Origin: Tidjanibacter sp.
GTDB lineage: Bacteria; Bacteroidota; Bacteroidia; Bacteroidales; Rikenellaceae
Assembly: GCA_045633985.1 (NCBI GenBank)
Contig: JAZQZI010000020.1
Coordinates: 1,442-65,441 of the forward strand
DNA length: 64,000 nt
Direction: 5' to 3'
Under the pieces are notes generated by a model. That model saw nothing but the letters and a program-made list of their open reading frames with translations. It ran no database searches and was not told where the DNA came from. Shown in pieces: positions 36,760 to 46,553 of this stretch (the stretch's first letter is position 1; each line of letters starts with the position of its first letter). The position numbers and the translations under genes were made by a program.

Positions 36760-38790
36760 ATGAAAAAACTCTTTGCAACATACGCTCTCCTTGTGGCACT
36801 CCTCCTGGCAGGGGCGGCCGACGGCTTCGCTCGAGAGAGCTACACCCTCAACCGAGATTGGAAATTTTTTACCTACTCGGAGAATGCATCCTCCATCGTA
36901 AATCTTCCACATCAGTGGAACTCCGACGCCCTCGGCGGACGACTCGACTACTACCGTGGTACGGGTAACTACCTGCGCTACATCGACTTCTCGCCCGAGT
37001 GGAAGGGCAAACGAATATTCTTGCGCTTCGGTGGTGCCAACCTTGTGACCGACGTACTCCTCAACGGTCGTTATGTGGGCCGCCACGAGGGAGGGAGCAC
37101 CGCCTTCACCTTTGAAATCACCGACCACATCAACTTCAACGGGCGCGACCTGCTGTGGGTAATCGTAAACAATGGTCAGCAGAGCGATGTGATGCCCACC
37201 GCCGGCAACGAGATATCCTATGGCGGCCTCTTTCGCGAGGTAACAATCATCGTGGAGGAGCCCACGCACATCGCCATCGACCACTACTCCTCCAACGGCC
37301 TCTACATCCATCCCAAAAGTGTGTCGGCCGAGCGGGTGGAGGGCGAAGTGGAGGTAAAGGTAAGCTCTCGCACCATCGTAAGTGCCACCCTCAACCTCAC
37401 CGTCACCGCCCCCAATGGCGACAAAGTACTCTCGGCAAGCCAGAGGGTACGCACCACCAACGGCACGGTGAGCACCTTCATCCCCTTTGAGATTGAGTCG
37501 CCACAACTGTGGAACGGCACCATAGACCCCGCCCTCTACACCTTCCACGTCACCCTCGCCCACGGAGGCGCACAGTGCGACGAGGTGGGAGCGGCCACCG
37601 GCTTCCGCCACTATGAGGTGAGCAGAGAGGGAGGTTTCGTGCTCAACGGCGCCCCCTACCCCATTCGTGGCGTACTGCTTCACCGTGACCGTGCGCTGAG
37701 CGGTTCGGCAGTGAGCGAGAGAGAGATTTACGAGGATGTGGAGTATGCCCGAGAGATGGGCGCCAATGCCATACGTGTTGTGGGCGGCAGCCACCACCCC
37801 TCCTTCTACCGCATCTGCGACCACCTCGGAATGGTGGTCATCAACGACCTCCCATTTATGGGTGCCACAACCCTCAATGGCAAAGGATTTTTCAACACCG
37901 AGAGTTTCCGCAACAATGGCAAGGAGCAGTTGCAGGAGATGATTTTCCAGAACTACAACCACCCCTCGGTGGTGGTGTGGAACCTCTTTTCGGAGCTGGA
38001 GGTGAGGGGCGAGAGTCCCGTGGGCTACATCCGTGAGCTCCACCAGCTCGCCAAGCGTATCGACCCCACACGTCTCACCTCGGGCTGGAGCAACCAGGAT
38101 GGCGACATCAACTTCATAACCGACCTTGTGGTGTGGAGCCACAGCTTCGGCTGGATGGAGGGGCTCCCCACCGACATCGGCGTATGGCAGGAGCAGTTGC
38201 TCTCCGTGCCCGAGTGGGCAGCATTGCGCTCGGGTGTGAGCTACAAGTGTGGCGGTAACATCTTCCACCAGGGCGACCTGCTCCAAAAACCCCTCTCGTC
38301 GAGCAATTGGCACCCCGAGCGTTGGCAGACCTACTTCCACGAGACCTACCTCGAATCACTCGGCAAGGGTGGTCACTTCTGGGGGCTCTTTGTCGATGGC
38401 CTCTTCGACTACGCCTCGGTCGATACCCACCGTTCGGCAGGCGGCGTGTGTGATATGGGTCTTGTGAGCTTCAACCGCCAGGCACGCAAAGATGCCTTCT
38501 ACCTCTACAAGGCAGCTTGGAACGAGGAGGAGGAGTTCCTCCACATCGCCGAGCGACGCTGGGGACGACGCAGCGACACCCTCCAAAGGGTGAAAATCTA
38601 CACCAACCTCCCCGACGTGGAGCTCACCGTGAATGGTAAGTATCTGGGCTCCAAGGAGAGTGTGGATGGTATTGTGGAGTGGGAAGATGTCGATTTGGAG
38701 CGTGGTGCCAACACCATCGAGGCCACATCGAGAGGCATAACCGACCGTGTGTCGGTGGAGATTCCCCACAGCTACTCCAACGAACTATAA
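36760..38790 (+). CDS. glycoside hydrolase family 2 protein
   Basis: ATG at 36760 gives a signal peptide (MKKLFATYALLVALLLAGAADG). The GH2 sugar-binding, Ig-like and TIM-barrel order is present (LNRDWKF..., NAIRV..HHP, WNLFSE). Confidence 0.8.
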   Translation: MKKLFATYALLVALLLAGAADGFARESYTLNRDWKFFTYSENASSIVNLPHQWNSDALGGRLDYYRGTGNYLRYIDFSPEWKGKRIFLRFGGANLVTDVLLNGRYVGRHEGGSTAFTFEITDHINFNGRDLLWVIVNNGQQSDVMPTAGNEISYGGLFREVTIIVEEPTHIAIDHYSSNGLYIHPKSVSAERVEGEVEVKVSSRTIVSATLNLTVTAPNGDKVLSASQRVRTTNGTVSTFIPFEIESPQLWNGTIDPALYTFHVTLAHGGAQCDEVGAATGFRHYEVSREGGFVLNGAPYPIRGVLLHRDRALSGSAVSEREIYEDVEYAREMGANAIRVVGGSHHPSFYRICDHLGMVVINDLPFMGATTLNGKGFFNTESFRNNGKEQLQEMIFQNYNHPSVVVWNLFSELEVRGESPVGYIRELHQLAKRIDPTRLTSGWSNQDGDINFITDLVVWSHSFGWMEGLPTDIGVWQEQLLSVPEWAALRSGVSYKCGGNIFHQGDLLQKPLSSSNWHPERWQTYFHETYLESLGKGGHFWGLFVDGLFDYASVDTHRSAGGVCDMGLVSFNRQARKDAFYLYKAAWNEEEEFLHIAERRWGRRSDTLQRVKIYTNLPDVELTVNGKYLGSKESVDGIVEWEDVDLERGANTIEATSRGITDRVSVEIPHSYSNEL

Positions 38791-38815
38791 AGACAACAAC
38801 ACACCATAGATATAT

Positions 38816-39232
38816 ATGAGAGAGATTACAGTAAACGGATTGGGCGACCTGCCCGAGGCGGCCGAGGAGATACTCGATGCGCTCGACGGACGAAACGTGG
38901 TGGCCTTCTTTGGTACAATGGGTGCGGGCAAAACGACCCTCATCCGAGAGATTTGCGAGCAGCTCGGCAGTGAGGATGTGGTGACAAGCCCCACCTTTGC
39001 CCTCGTAAACCGCTACAACAGCGCCAACGGACGCCCCATCTTCCACTTTGACTTCTACCGTATAGAGCACCCCGAGGAGGCCTTCGATATGGGCTACGAG
39101 GAGTATTTCTACTCCGATGGGCTCTGCCTGGTGGAGTGGTCGGAGAGGATTGAGGAGCTGCTGCCCGACGATGTTATGAAGGTGGAGATTGAGGTTGTCA
39201 GCCCCACAAAACGCCACATTACCATCGACTAA
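38816..39232 (+). CDS. tsaE: tRNA t6A37 biosynthesis ATPase TsaE
   Basis: 138-aa ORF with P-loop GTMGAGKTT, SPTFALVN, HFDFYR and EW motifs. Confidence 0.88.
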   Translation: MREITVNGLGDLPEAAEEILDALDGRNVVAFFGTMGAGKTTLIREICEQLGSEDVVTSPTFALVNRYNSANGRPIFHFDFYRIEHPEEAFDMGYEEYFYSDGLCLVEWSERIEELLPDDVMKVEIEVVSPTKRHITID

Positions 39233-39275
39233 ATAATTGATTTACAAACAACCATAACCCCATAGAGAAACCTTT

Positions 39276-39869
39276 ATGATAAAAAATGTGATATTCGACC
39301 TGGGCGGCGTAGTGCTCGGTCGTGACTTCAAGAGGCTTGGCGACGTTCTCGGCAACACCTTTGCCTTCATCTCGGCCGATGAGGCTTTTCCCGAATATTG
39401 GAGCGAGTTTGACCGTGGCACCTACACTCGCAGTGAGGTGACCCGTATGCTGGCCGACGACTACAACCTCACCCTTGAGGATGCCAACGACCAGGTACAA
39501 AAACTCCTGGAGCTCCTGCAGCCCATCCCCGAGACCGAGGAGCTCATCCGTGAGCTGAAGGCCGAGGGCGTAAGGTGCTACGTGCTCTCCAATATGTCGG
39601 GTGAGTTCTACGCCGAGCTGCTGAAGTTCCCCGTCTTTGAGCACTTCGATGGCGCTGTGGTGTCGTATCAGGAGAGGGTCAACAAGCCCGACCGCAAGAT
39701 TTATGAGATTATCCTCTCCCGCTACGGTTTGGAGCCCTCCGAGACCCTCTTTGCAGATGATAAGGCGGCCAACACCGCCGCTGCGGCAGAGCTGGGCCTC
39801 CACACCGTCACCTACGACTGCAATGGCGACGGCCCCGCACAAGTCCGCAAAGCGGTGCTGGGAAGATAA
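39276..39869 (+). CDS. HAD-superfamily hydrolase (phosphatase)
   Basis: 197-aa ORF with motif I FDLGGV, an SN motif and a C-terminal DD motif (FADDKAAN). Confidence 0.8.
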   Translation: MIKNVIFDLGGVVLGRDFKRLGDVLGNTFAFISADEAFPEYWSEFDRGTYTRSEVTRMLADDYNLTLEDANDQVQKLLELLQPIPETEELIRELKAEGVRCYVLSNMSGEFYAELLKFPVFEHFDGAVVSYQERVNKPDRKIYEIILSRYGLEPSETLFADDKAANTAAAAELGLHTVTYDCNGDGPAQVRKAVLGR

Positions 39870-39871
39870 CC

Positions 39872-39903
39872 AAAAAAGGCGTTCCGAGTGGAACGCCTTT
39901 TTT
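39872..39903 (+). terminator. intrinsic terminator after the HAD gene
   Basis: GGCGTTCC-GAGT-GGAACGCC followed by TTTTTT. Confidence 0.8.
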
Positions 39904-40011
39904 AGTTATCAGTTGTCAGTTATTAGGGAGTTATAGGAGTTATAGGAGTTATAGGAGTTATAGGAGTTATAGGAGTTATAGGAAATTTCTCTAATGGCCC
40001 TATGTACCCCC
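39903..40011 (+). repeat. truncated (core-less) copy d of the composite element
   Basis: AGTTRTY x3, six perfect GGAGTTATA units (39927-39980), GGAAATTT, then the tail CTAATGGCCCTATGTACCCCC, which resembles the tail of copy a. The hairpin core and the AATTTTG array are missing. Confidence 0.8.
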
Positions 40012-40021
40012 GGCCAACCCT

Positions 40022-42388
40022 TTAGAACGGATAGCCGATACCGAAGTTGAGCGCCGTATTGTGGATGTTGGGGTGCGAGATAACCCATCTCTCACCCTCG
40101 GGCTTGCCGGGATTGTGGAGCTGGATACCCCAATCGAGGCGCAGCACAAGTACATTGAGGTTGAGCCTCAAGCCCACACCCGTATTGAGAGCCATCTGCG
40201 ACAGGAAGGTGTCGAACCCGAAGGCCGCCCCCTCGGGAATACCCTTAATACCGGGGGTGTACCACACATTACCCGCATCCACAAAGGCTGCACCATCGAA
40301 AATACCTCCCAGCGGGAAGCGCCACTCCAAGTTGGCCTCCAGGCGGAGATTACCAAATTGGCTCGGGTAGCCACTATTCACCTCGGGCGAACTGCCGGGG
40401 CCGAGGGTGCGCACGGGCCAACCACGCATACTGTTGATACCTCCCGCATAGAAGAGCCTATCTGCCGGCAGCGACTCGTTGCGAGAGTTGCCATAGGGGA
40501 AAATCAGACCTCCATAGAGGCGATATACCAATTGGCTGCGGTCGGTAAGGCTGAGTGATTGGGCCCAGGTGAGGTCGCCACGCACATATTGTGCATAGGG
40601 GATGCCAAAAACGGTGTAGTGGCCGTCGCTCTTCTCTTCTCCCAGCAGGCTCTTAACGCCCGACAGGAGATTACCACTGGTGGAGAGGCCCACACGCAGG
40701 GTTGTATAGTCGCTCTGGTTGGCGACATTGGTTGTGCCATAGGCGTAGGAGCCCGAGATACCCGCCATCATCTGTGTGGTGTAGCTATCCCTCAAATATG
40801 GGTTTTGCAGCCTATCCAGAAACTCCTGGCTCACATAGTTCATCTTCACAAGGCTCACATCAAAGGGGCGAATGGTGAAGTAGCTCTTGCGACCATTGTT
40901 CCAGCTGTAACCGAAGCTCACATTGGAGAGCACACGGTTGTAGTAGCGTCGGTTCTGGTCGTTTATGGAGAACTCAAGGCGCGTCTGGGGGCTGTGGGCC
41001 ACACCTGCGTGGTCGAAGTCGAAGGGGAGGAGGAATTGAGGGAAGGTGACACCCACCATACCGCCCAGCTCTGTGGAGTTGCGGTTGAGCGATGGGTCCT
41101 CCACTCTAAGAAGTTCATAGCCAAACGTGAAACTCATATCGAACAGCTCGGCACCACGGAAGAGGTTGAGATTCTGATAACCGAGCGTTGTGGCCACACC
41201 ATAGAAGCTGGAGGTTGTGGATGCCTCAAGCTCCACCTTATAGCTCTGCCTCATTGCAGGCGAGAGCCTTATCTCGCAGTCGAGCACACCCTCCATAGTC
41301 TCTGCCGTGTCACTCCAATGGTCGCCCACAAAGGTCACGGGGTGCATAGAGCCCGCCACGGGCGAGAAGATGATGTTGGCACTGTGGATATAATCCATAC
41401 CCATAAGGTTGTCGTAGGTGGTTGCCACCTTCCTGTCGTCGTACATAGAGCCGCTGTGGAGCCTTATGAGTCTGCCGAGCACCGAGGGGCGGATGTTGGG
41501 CCTCTCGCCGGGGTAGATTATCTCCATACCGTTGTGCGTGAGGGTGTCGAGCGAGAGGAGGTAGTCGGGATTGGTGGCGGCCTCTCGTGCGTCGTAGTCG
41601 GGCATCACACGTATATTGCCGATGCGATAGAGGGGGTTGTTGCGTGTTTGGGGCCTACCCTGCGAGTCATAATCGACCACCTGGCGGGTTAGCACCATCT
41701 CCACCGAGGCTTTGTGGTCGCCGAGGGTGGTATCCACCTGAAACTCTATGTTATTCTCCGTGAAGTCATAAAAACCCTCGCTACGCAGACGACGTGTGAG
41801 CTCCGAGCGCTCCTCGCCGAGGGCCTCGATATCCAAAATCCTCCCGGGTCGCAAACCGCCGAGGGTGTCATCCTGGAGCAACTTGGCTATGTAGCTGTCC
41901 TCAATATCGTACTCCACCTCGGAGATACGGTAGGGCTCGCCCTGAATGGTTGTGTAGGTCACCTCGGCCGTCCGTCTTTGGGGGTCGAGATGGAAGGAGT
42001 ACTCCTCCTCGGCACCGAAGAATCCTCGGGAGGCAACGTAGGCCTCAATATTCTCTGCACTGCGACGTGTAAGGGTGGTATCGAGGATTGTGGGAGGGGT
42101 GCCCAGGGTACGCATCAGGCTGTTCCATACGTTTTTACTCTCGGGGTCGGACTTCAGATAGAGCCACGCACGAAGGTGGAAGAGGTCCATCGAGGGGCGC
42201 TGTTTTATATACTTGGAAATCTCCTCGGCGGAGATGCGCTCCTCACGGGGCGTGGAGTGGTCGCTCTCCACACGGTTTTGGGTGAGCACATAGGCCCCTT
42301 CGGGGAGCAGCGAGCGTATATTGCAGGAGCTCATCACGAGAATGATGAGCATCAGCAATACTGTTTGTCTTCGTTGCACTCGGGCCAT
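40022..42388 (-). CDS. BamA/TamA-family outer-membrane protein (POTRA plus Omp85 barrel)
   Basis: ATG at 42388 gives MARVQRRQTVLLMLIILVMSSC (a lipoprotein-like signal). It is 788 aa and ends in the aromatic barrel terminus ...NFGIGYPF. The ORF-track entry extends to 43246 through dapF on the other strand, and that part is rejected. Confidence 0.75.
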   Translation of the reverse strand: MARVQRRQTVLLMLIILVMSSCNIRSLLPEGAYVLTQNRVESDHSTPREERISAEEISKYIKQRPSMDLFHLRAWLYLKSDPESKNVWNSLMRTLGTPPTILDTTLTRRSAENIEAYVASRGFFGAEEEYSFHLDPQRRTAEVTYTTIQGEPYRISEVEYDIEDSYIAKLLQDDTLGGLRPGRILDIEALGEERSELTRRLRSEGFYDFTENNIEFQVDTTLGDHKASVEMVLTRQVVDYDSQGRPQTRNNPLYRIGNIRVMPDYDAREAATNPDYLLSLDTLTHNGMEIIYPGERPNIRPSVLGRLIRLHSGSMYDDRKVATTYDNLMGMDYIHSANIIFSPVAGSMHPVTFVGDHWSDTAETMEGVLDCEIRLSPAMRQSYKVELEASTTSSFYGVATTLGYQNLNLFRGAELFDMSFTFGYELLRVEDPSLNRNSTELGGMVGVTFPQFLLPFDFDHAGVAHSPQTRLEFSINDQNRRYYNRVLSNVSFGYSWNNGRKSYFTIRPFDVSLVKMNYVSQEFLDRLQNPYLRDSYTTQMMAGISGSYAYGTTNVANQSDYTTLRVGLSTSGNLLSGVKSLLGEEKSDGHYTVFGIPYAQYVRGDLTWAQSLSLTDRSQLVYRLYGGLIFPYGNSRNESLPADRLFYAGGINSMRGWPVRTLGPGSSPEVNSGYPSQFGNLRLEANLEWRFPLGGIFDGAAFVDAGNVWYTPGIKGIPEGAAFGFDTFLSQMALNTGVGLRLNLNVLVLRLDWGIQLHNPGKPEGERWVISHPNIHNTALNFGIGYPF

Positions 42389-42466
42389 TGTTGCTTTTGG
42401 GGTCAAAAAATTTCTCAAATATACAATAATTTCGTTATATTTGTGAGCATTAACAGCCGTTTTTCG

Positions 42467-43264
42467 ATGAAAATAGAGTTTTGGAAATACGAGGGCGCAG
42501 GCAACGACTTTATACTCCTCGACCAGAGGGGTGCAAATTTCGAGCCCACAACCCGGCAGATACACCTTTTGTGTGACCGTCGCCGAGGAATCGGCGCCGA
42601 CGGACTTATGATGCTCGGTGAGAGTCGGGGTGCCGACTTTTCGATGCGCTACTTCAATGCCGACGGCCCCGAGGCTACAATGTGTGGCAACGGCGGCAGG
42701 TGCATCACCTGGTTTGCCGACCTGCTCGGCATAGGCGGCGACACCAAGCGTTTCGAGGCTGTCGATGGCCTCCACACATCCACCATCCTCCACCGAGAGG
42801 GTGCGTCGGCAACCGTGAAACTCGGAATGACCGATGTGGAGCGTATCACTGTTTGCCCCGATGGCGATGTATTGCTCGACACCGGCTCCCCCCACCTTGT
42901 GCGACGTGTGGAGAGCCTCGATATAGATGTTGTGGGTCTGGGCCGAGAGTTGCGCTACGACGCCAAAACCGCCCCCACAGGTGGTGCCAACATCAATTTT
43001 GTGAAGATTGGGGGCGAGGGAAAACTCTCGCTGCGCACCTACGAGCGAGGTGTGGAGGATGAAACTCTGGCTTGTGGCACAGGAGCCACCGCCACCGCCA
43101 TTGCCGTGTGTCACACGCTCCAGCCCTCCGTGCATCACTTTGAGCTCCAAGCCCAGGGTGGCGACCTCGAAGTGGAATTTACACCCGAGGGCAATGGGCA
43201 CTACACTAACATTTACCTCACAGGCCCCGCCCGTCTGGTATTCCACGGCACCATAGAGATTTAA
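42467..43264 (+). CDS. dapF: diaminopimelate epimerase
   Basis: ATG at 42467 (MKIEFWKYEGAGNDFILLD...) with both catalytic-Cys regions (NADGPEATMCGNG and CGTGATA). A TATATTTG -7 box lies at 42436-42443. Confidence 0.9.
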   Translation: MKIEFWKYEGAGNDFILLDQRGANFEPTTRQIHLLCDRRRGIGADGLMMLGESRGADFSMRYFNADGPEATMCGNGGRCITWFADLLGIGGDTKRFEAVDGLHTSTILHREGASATVKLGMTDVERITVCPDGDVLLDTGSPHLVRRVESLDIDVVGLGRELRYDAKTAPTGGANINFVKIGGEGKLSLRTYERGVEDETLACGTGATATAIAVCHTLQPSVHHFELQAQGGDLEVEFTPEGNGHYTNIYLTGPARLVFHGTIEI

Positions 43265-43397
43265 TCCGCCCGACAGAGATACACAAAAGACCCTTTGGCA
43301 TCTACCAAAGGGTCTTTTGTGTATAGCAGTGTTTGCAATATATCAGTGTTTGCAGAATATACGTGTGTACAGAATCTCCGTGTGTGGGCACCCCCCA

Positions 43398-45041
43398 TCA
43401 GCCGATAAGTTCTCGGGCCTGTTGGAGCGCTGCGGGGGTGACATCTGCTCCCGAGAGCATCGCCGCAACCTCGCGGATACGCTCCTCGTGGTCGAGCAGT
43501 CGTAGTTGTGTGTGGCCACTCTCGCCATCCTTATAGACCTTAAAGTGGGTGTCACCCTTGGATGCCACCTGGGGCAAGTGGGTGATATTGACCACCTGAC
43601 GGCCCGCCGAAAGTTCGGCAATAATCTGGCCCGTCACGTCGGCAATACGACCCGAAATGCCGGTGTCAATCTCGTCGAAAATGACCGTAGGCATATTGGT
43701 CTTACCCGCCACCAAGGCCTTCAGGCAGAGCATAACACGGGATATCTCACCACCCGAAGCAACCCTCTCCAGGGGTTGGGGTTGAAACTTGGGGTTCGAC
43801 GAGAAGCGAAACTCCACGCCATCACCACCCGTGGCCGAAAGTTCCACAGGGGTCACAGCGCACACAAAACTGCTCTGCTCCATACCGAGTCTCGAGAGCA
43901 TCGCCACAACCTCTCGGGCAAGCTGTTCACCCGCACGAGTGCGTGACTTGGTGAGCTCTCCGGCCACAGCCTGGGCCTTGCGCCTCAGCTCTTCCACCTC
44001 TGCCGCAAGCTCCGCCAATCGGCTGTCGCCCTCCACAATCACTCCCAGGCGATCGCCATACTCCTTCTCAAGAGCCACAAGCTCCCCCTCACTCTGCACA
44101 CCGTGTTTACGCATCAGGGTGTAGATGGCATCGATGCGCTCCACCACCACGGCAGCCCTCTCGGGGTTGCCCTCCACCCTCTCTCGCTCGTCGGCAAGCA
44201 GCGAGGATATATCCTTAAGCTCCAAAAGAGTGGCCCTCACACGCCCTGCAATCTCGCCGGCAGGAGCATAGACATCGCTACTCTTCTGGAAGAGGTTCTC
44301 AATCTGTTTGAGCCTTGCGAGCACGCCATTCTCCTCCTCGTCGAGCAGCTGACCGCCACCACCCAGGGCCTCGCTTATGCGCTCCACATTGTCGAGCAGG
44401 CGCTGCTCACTCTCCAGCTCCTCGAGTTCTCCGGGGCGCAGTTTGAGCGCCGCAAGCTGGTTATACTGGTGCTCGATGTACTCTCTATCCCTTCGGGCGG
44501 CCTCCACCCTCTCTCGCAACTCTGCAAGTTCTCGGCGGCTACGGCGCAGCGCTTCGTAGCGCACACCATACTCCTCCCTCAGAGCCCCATTATCGGCCAT
44601 CGCATCCACAATGGCCATCCTGAAGCCCTCATCGGCCACACGCAACGAGTGGTGCTGCGAGTGGATATCTATCAGTCTGCTGCCCAGCTCCTTGAGCACC
44701 GAGAGCTGCACAGGAAGGTCGTTGATATAGCTGCGCGACTTTCCGGCAGGAGTTATCACTCGGCGGAGAATACTCTCACTATCATACTCCAGGTCGTTCT
44801 CCTCAAAGAATCCCTCCAAGCCATAGGCGCCAATGTCGAAGGTCGCCTCCACAACACACCCCCTACCACTCTCCTTCAGCGTTGCAATGTCGGCACGCTC
44901 ACCCAGCACAAGGCCAAGGGCCCCGAGCAGGATACTCTTACCGGCACCCGTCTCGCCCGTGATGATATTAAGGTTGGGCGAGAGCGTCATATCCAGACGC
45001 TCGATGAGTGCATAATTTTCTACCGTTAGGTGACGTAACAT
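43398..45041 (-). CDS. recN: DNA repair protein RecN
   Basis: 547-aa SMC-like ORF with Walker A GETGAGKS, a coiled-coil middle and a C-terminal signature with FDEIDTGISG. Confidence 0.92.
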   Translation of the reverse strand: MLRHLTVENYALIERLDMTLSPNLNIITGETGAGKSILLGALGLVLGERADIATLKESGRGCVVEATFDIGAYGLEGFFEENDLEYDSESILRRVITPAGKSRSYINDLPVQLSVLKELGSRLIDIHSQHHSLRVADEGFRMAIVDAMADNGALREEYGVRYEALRRSRRELAELRERVEAARRDREYIEHQYNQLAALKLRPGELEELESEQRLLDNVERISEALGGGGQLLDEEENGVLARLKQIENLFQKSSDVYAPAGEIAGRVRATLLELKDISSLLADERERVEGNPERAAVVVERIDAIYTLMRKHGVQSEGELVALEKEYGDRLGVIVEGDSRLAELAAEVEELRRKAQAVAGELTKSRTRAGEQLAREVVAMLSRLGMEQSSFVCAVTPVELSATGGDGVEFRFSSNPKFQPQPLERVASGGEISRVMLCLKALVAGKTNMPTVIFDEIDTGISGRIADVTGQIIAELSAGRQVVNITHLPQVASKGDTHFKVYKDGESGHTQLRLLDHEERIREVAAMLSGADVTPAALQQARELIG

Positions 45042-45210
45042 TTTTTTGTTAAAGGGATGTCTGTCGGTGGGTGTAACTTTTCTGGGTTATGGGTGGGAGA
45101 TGGAAAGGGCCGACAATTACAAGGGGGGTAACTTTTACCAACAAAGCGGGTGGAGAGCAACTCCCCAACCCGCCTTAGGTCATACTTTCCCTTCTGTGGG
45201 TGGCCCTACC

Positions 45211-45522
45211 CTACTTTTTCTCTTTGAAAACCACCTCTCCATCGAGAAACTCCTCGGTAGCGATGAGGGTGGGCTTGGGAATACGCTCGTAGTACTTAGA
45301 AATCTCTATCTGCTCACGGTTCTCGAAAGTCTCCTCGAGAGCGTCGGTCGAGCTGGAGAAGTCGGCCAGCTTGCGGTTGAGCTCCTGTTTCAGCTCGGTG
45401 GCAATCTGGTTAGCACGTTTTGCAATAATGGTTACCGACTCATAGACATTGCCGGTGGGGCCGTCGATGTCGGTGAGGCGGCGGGTTACAGTGTTGTTGG
45501 GAACATTCTTTTTGATTTCCAT
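45211..45522 (-). CDS. rpoZ: DNA-directed RNA polymerase subunit omega
   Basis: 103-aa ORF with NVYESVTIIAKRANQI, which resembles the RpoZ core. The bamD-rpoZ-recN order is typical of Bacteroidota. Confidence 0.7.
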   Translation of the reverse strand: MEIKKNVPNNTVTRRLTDIDGPTGNVYESVTIIAKRANQIATELKQELNRKLADFSSSTDALEETFENREQIEISKYYERIPKPTLIATEEFLDGEVVFKEKK

Positions 45523-45549
45523 ATTATTCCTCCTATTGTTGGTGTTTGA

Positions 45550-46401
45550 TTAATTCGTTTGATTGTCCTCTGTGCTCTCCTCTACGCCCTTGTCATCGGC
45601 ATTGTGCTTTGCCAGAAACCTCTTGGAGGCTCGGTGCATACGCTCGGCAGCCTTTGCGTGCTTCGAGGAGGGGAATTCCGAGATGAAGTTGTAGTAGGCA
45701 TCCATAGCGTCGAGGTAGCGGTCCACCTGCAACTCCGAGATGGAGTTGTCGGCCAGGCGGTAGCTCGCATCGAGGGTAAGGAAGAGAATCTCCTCACGGT
45801 GGGGAGTCTCGGGATACTCCTCCAGGGCGTTTCGCAGAGCGATGATGGCTGCCTTGTAACGACCGGTCTTGTAGTAGGTGCGGGCATTGATGAAGGCCTT
45901 GTCGTAGAGCTTACCTTTGAGCTCGCCGAGCCTCACCTCGCACACACCCAACTTGGGGGACTCTGGATAGCGCTCCATATATTCGTTGATGGCGCTGATG
46001 GCCTGCACGGTCTTTGTCTGGTCCCTCGAGGGCTCGGGCGAGGAGAAGTAGTAGCCCATAGCGTGCATATACTCCACATCCTCCAGCAGAGGGCTGCGAC
46101 CATAAGTGCGGCGATACTCGTCGAAGATGAGTGCGCTCGACTCGAAGTCGCCCTGCTTGTAGAGGCAGCAACCTGTGTAGTACATTATGGTATCGGCACG
46201 GAAGGTGGAGGCATAGCGGGGGCCGAGCTCCTGGAAGAGCTGAAGTGCGTGCTGGTAGTCACCTTCGTGATAGTAGTTCACTGCGGCGTGGAACATCTGG
46301 TCGGAGTCATTGAGTTTGAGCAACTTGTTAAAAGGGCTGCAACTCACCACTCCCACAAAGGCCGCCACAACGACCATCCTAACCACATTAATTCTCTTCA
46401 T
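45550..46401 (-). CDS. bamD: outer membrane protein assembly factor BamD (TPR lipoprotein)
   Basis: 283-aa ORF with a lipoprotein signal (VGVVSC) and TPR-like repeats. A TAACTTTG -7 box lies at 46441-46448 on the minus strand. Confidence 0.8.
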   Translation of the reverse strand: MKRINVVRMVVVAAFVGVVSCSPFNKLLKLNDSDQMFHAAVNYYHEGDYQHALQLFQELGPRYASTFRADTIMYYTGCCLYKQGDFESSALIFDEYRRTYGRSPLLEDVEYMHAMGYYFSSPEPSRDQTKTVQAISAINEYMERYPESPKLGVCEVRLGELKGKLYDKAFINARTYYKTGRYKAAIIALRNALEEYPETPHREEILFLTLDASYRLADNSISELQVDRYLDAMDAYYNFISEFPSSKHAKAAERMHRASKRFLAKHNADDKGVEESTEDNQTN

Positions 46402-46553
46402 ATCTATCTATATGTATCTGCCACAAGGGCATTTAGCGTGCAAAGTTAATACATTTTTAACGACTAACGCAAAATTATATTATATTTTTAATCGCTATTT
46501 CTGCAAGAAATTTGTTATCTTTGGGCTATACAAACCTTTCAGCTGCCAACACT

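Noticed and set aside
39927-39989. CRISPR array. This covers the 9-mer and 7-mer arrays and the two 144-nt direct repeats at 57487-57847.
   Set aside because: The short arrays are contiguous repeats with no spacers. The 144-nt repeats are far longer than CRISPR repeats, occur only twice and are internally structured. There are no cas genes in the window.
42389-43246. N-terminal 286-aa extension of the ORF-track entry 40022..43246 (1074 aa).
   Set aside because: The extension runs antisense through dapF, which has both catalytic-Cys motifs. An internal ATG at 42388 gives a proper signal peptide and a normal BamA/TamA size.
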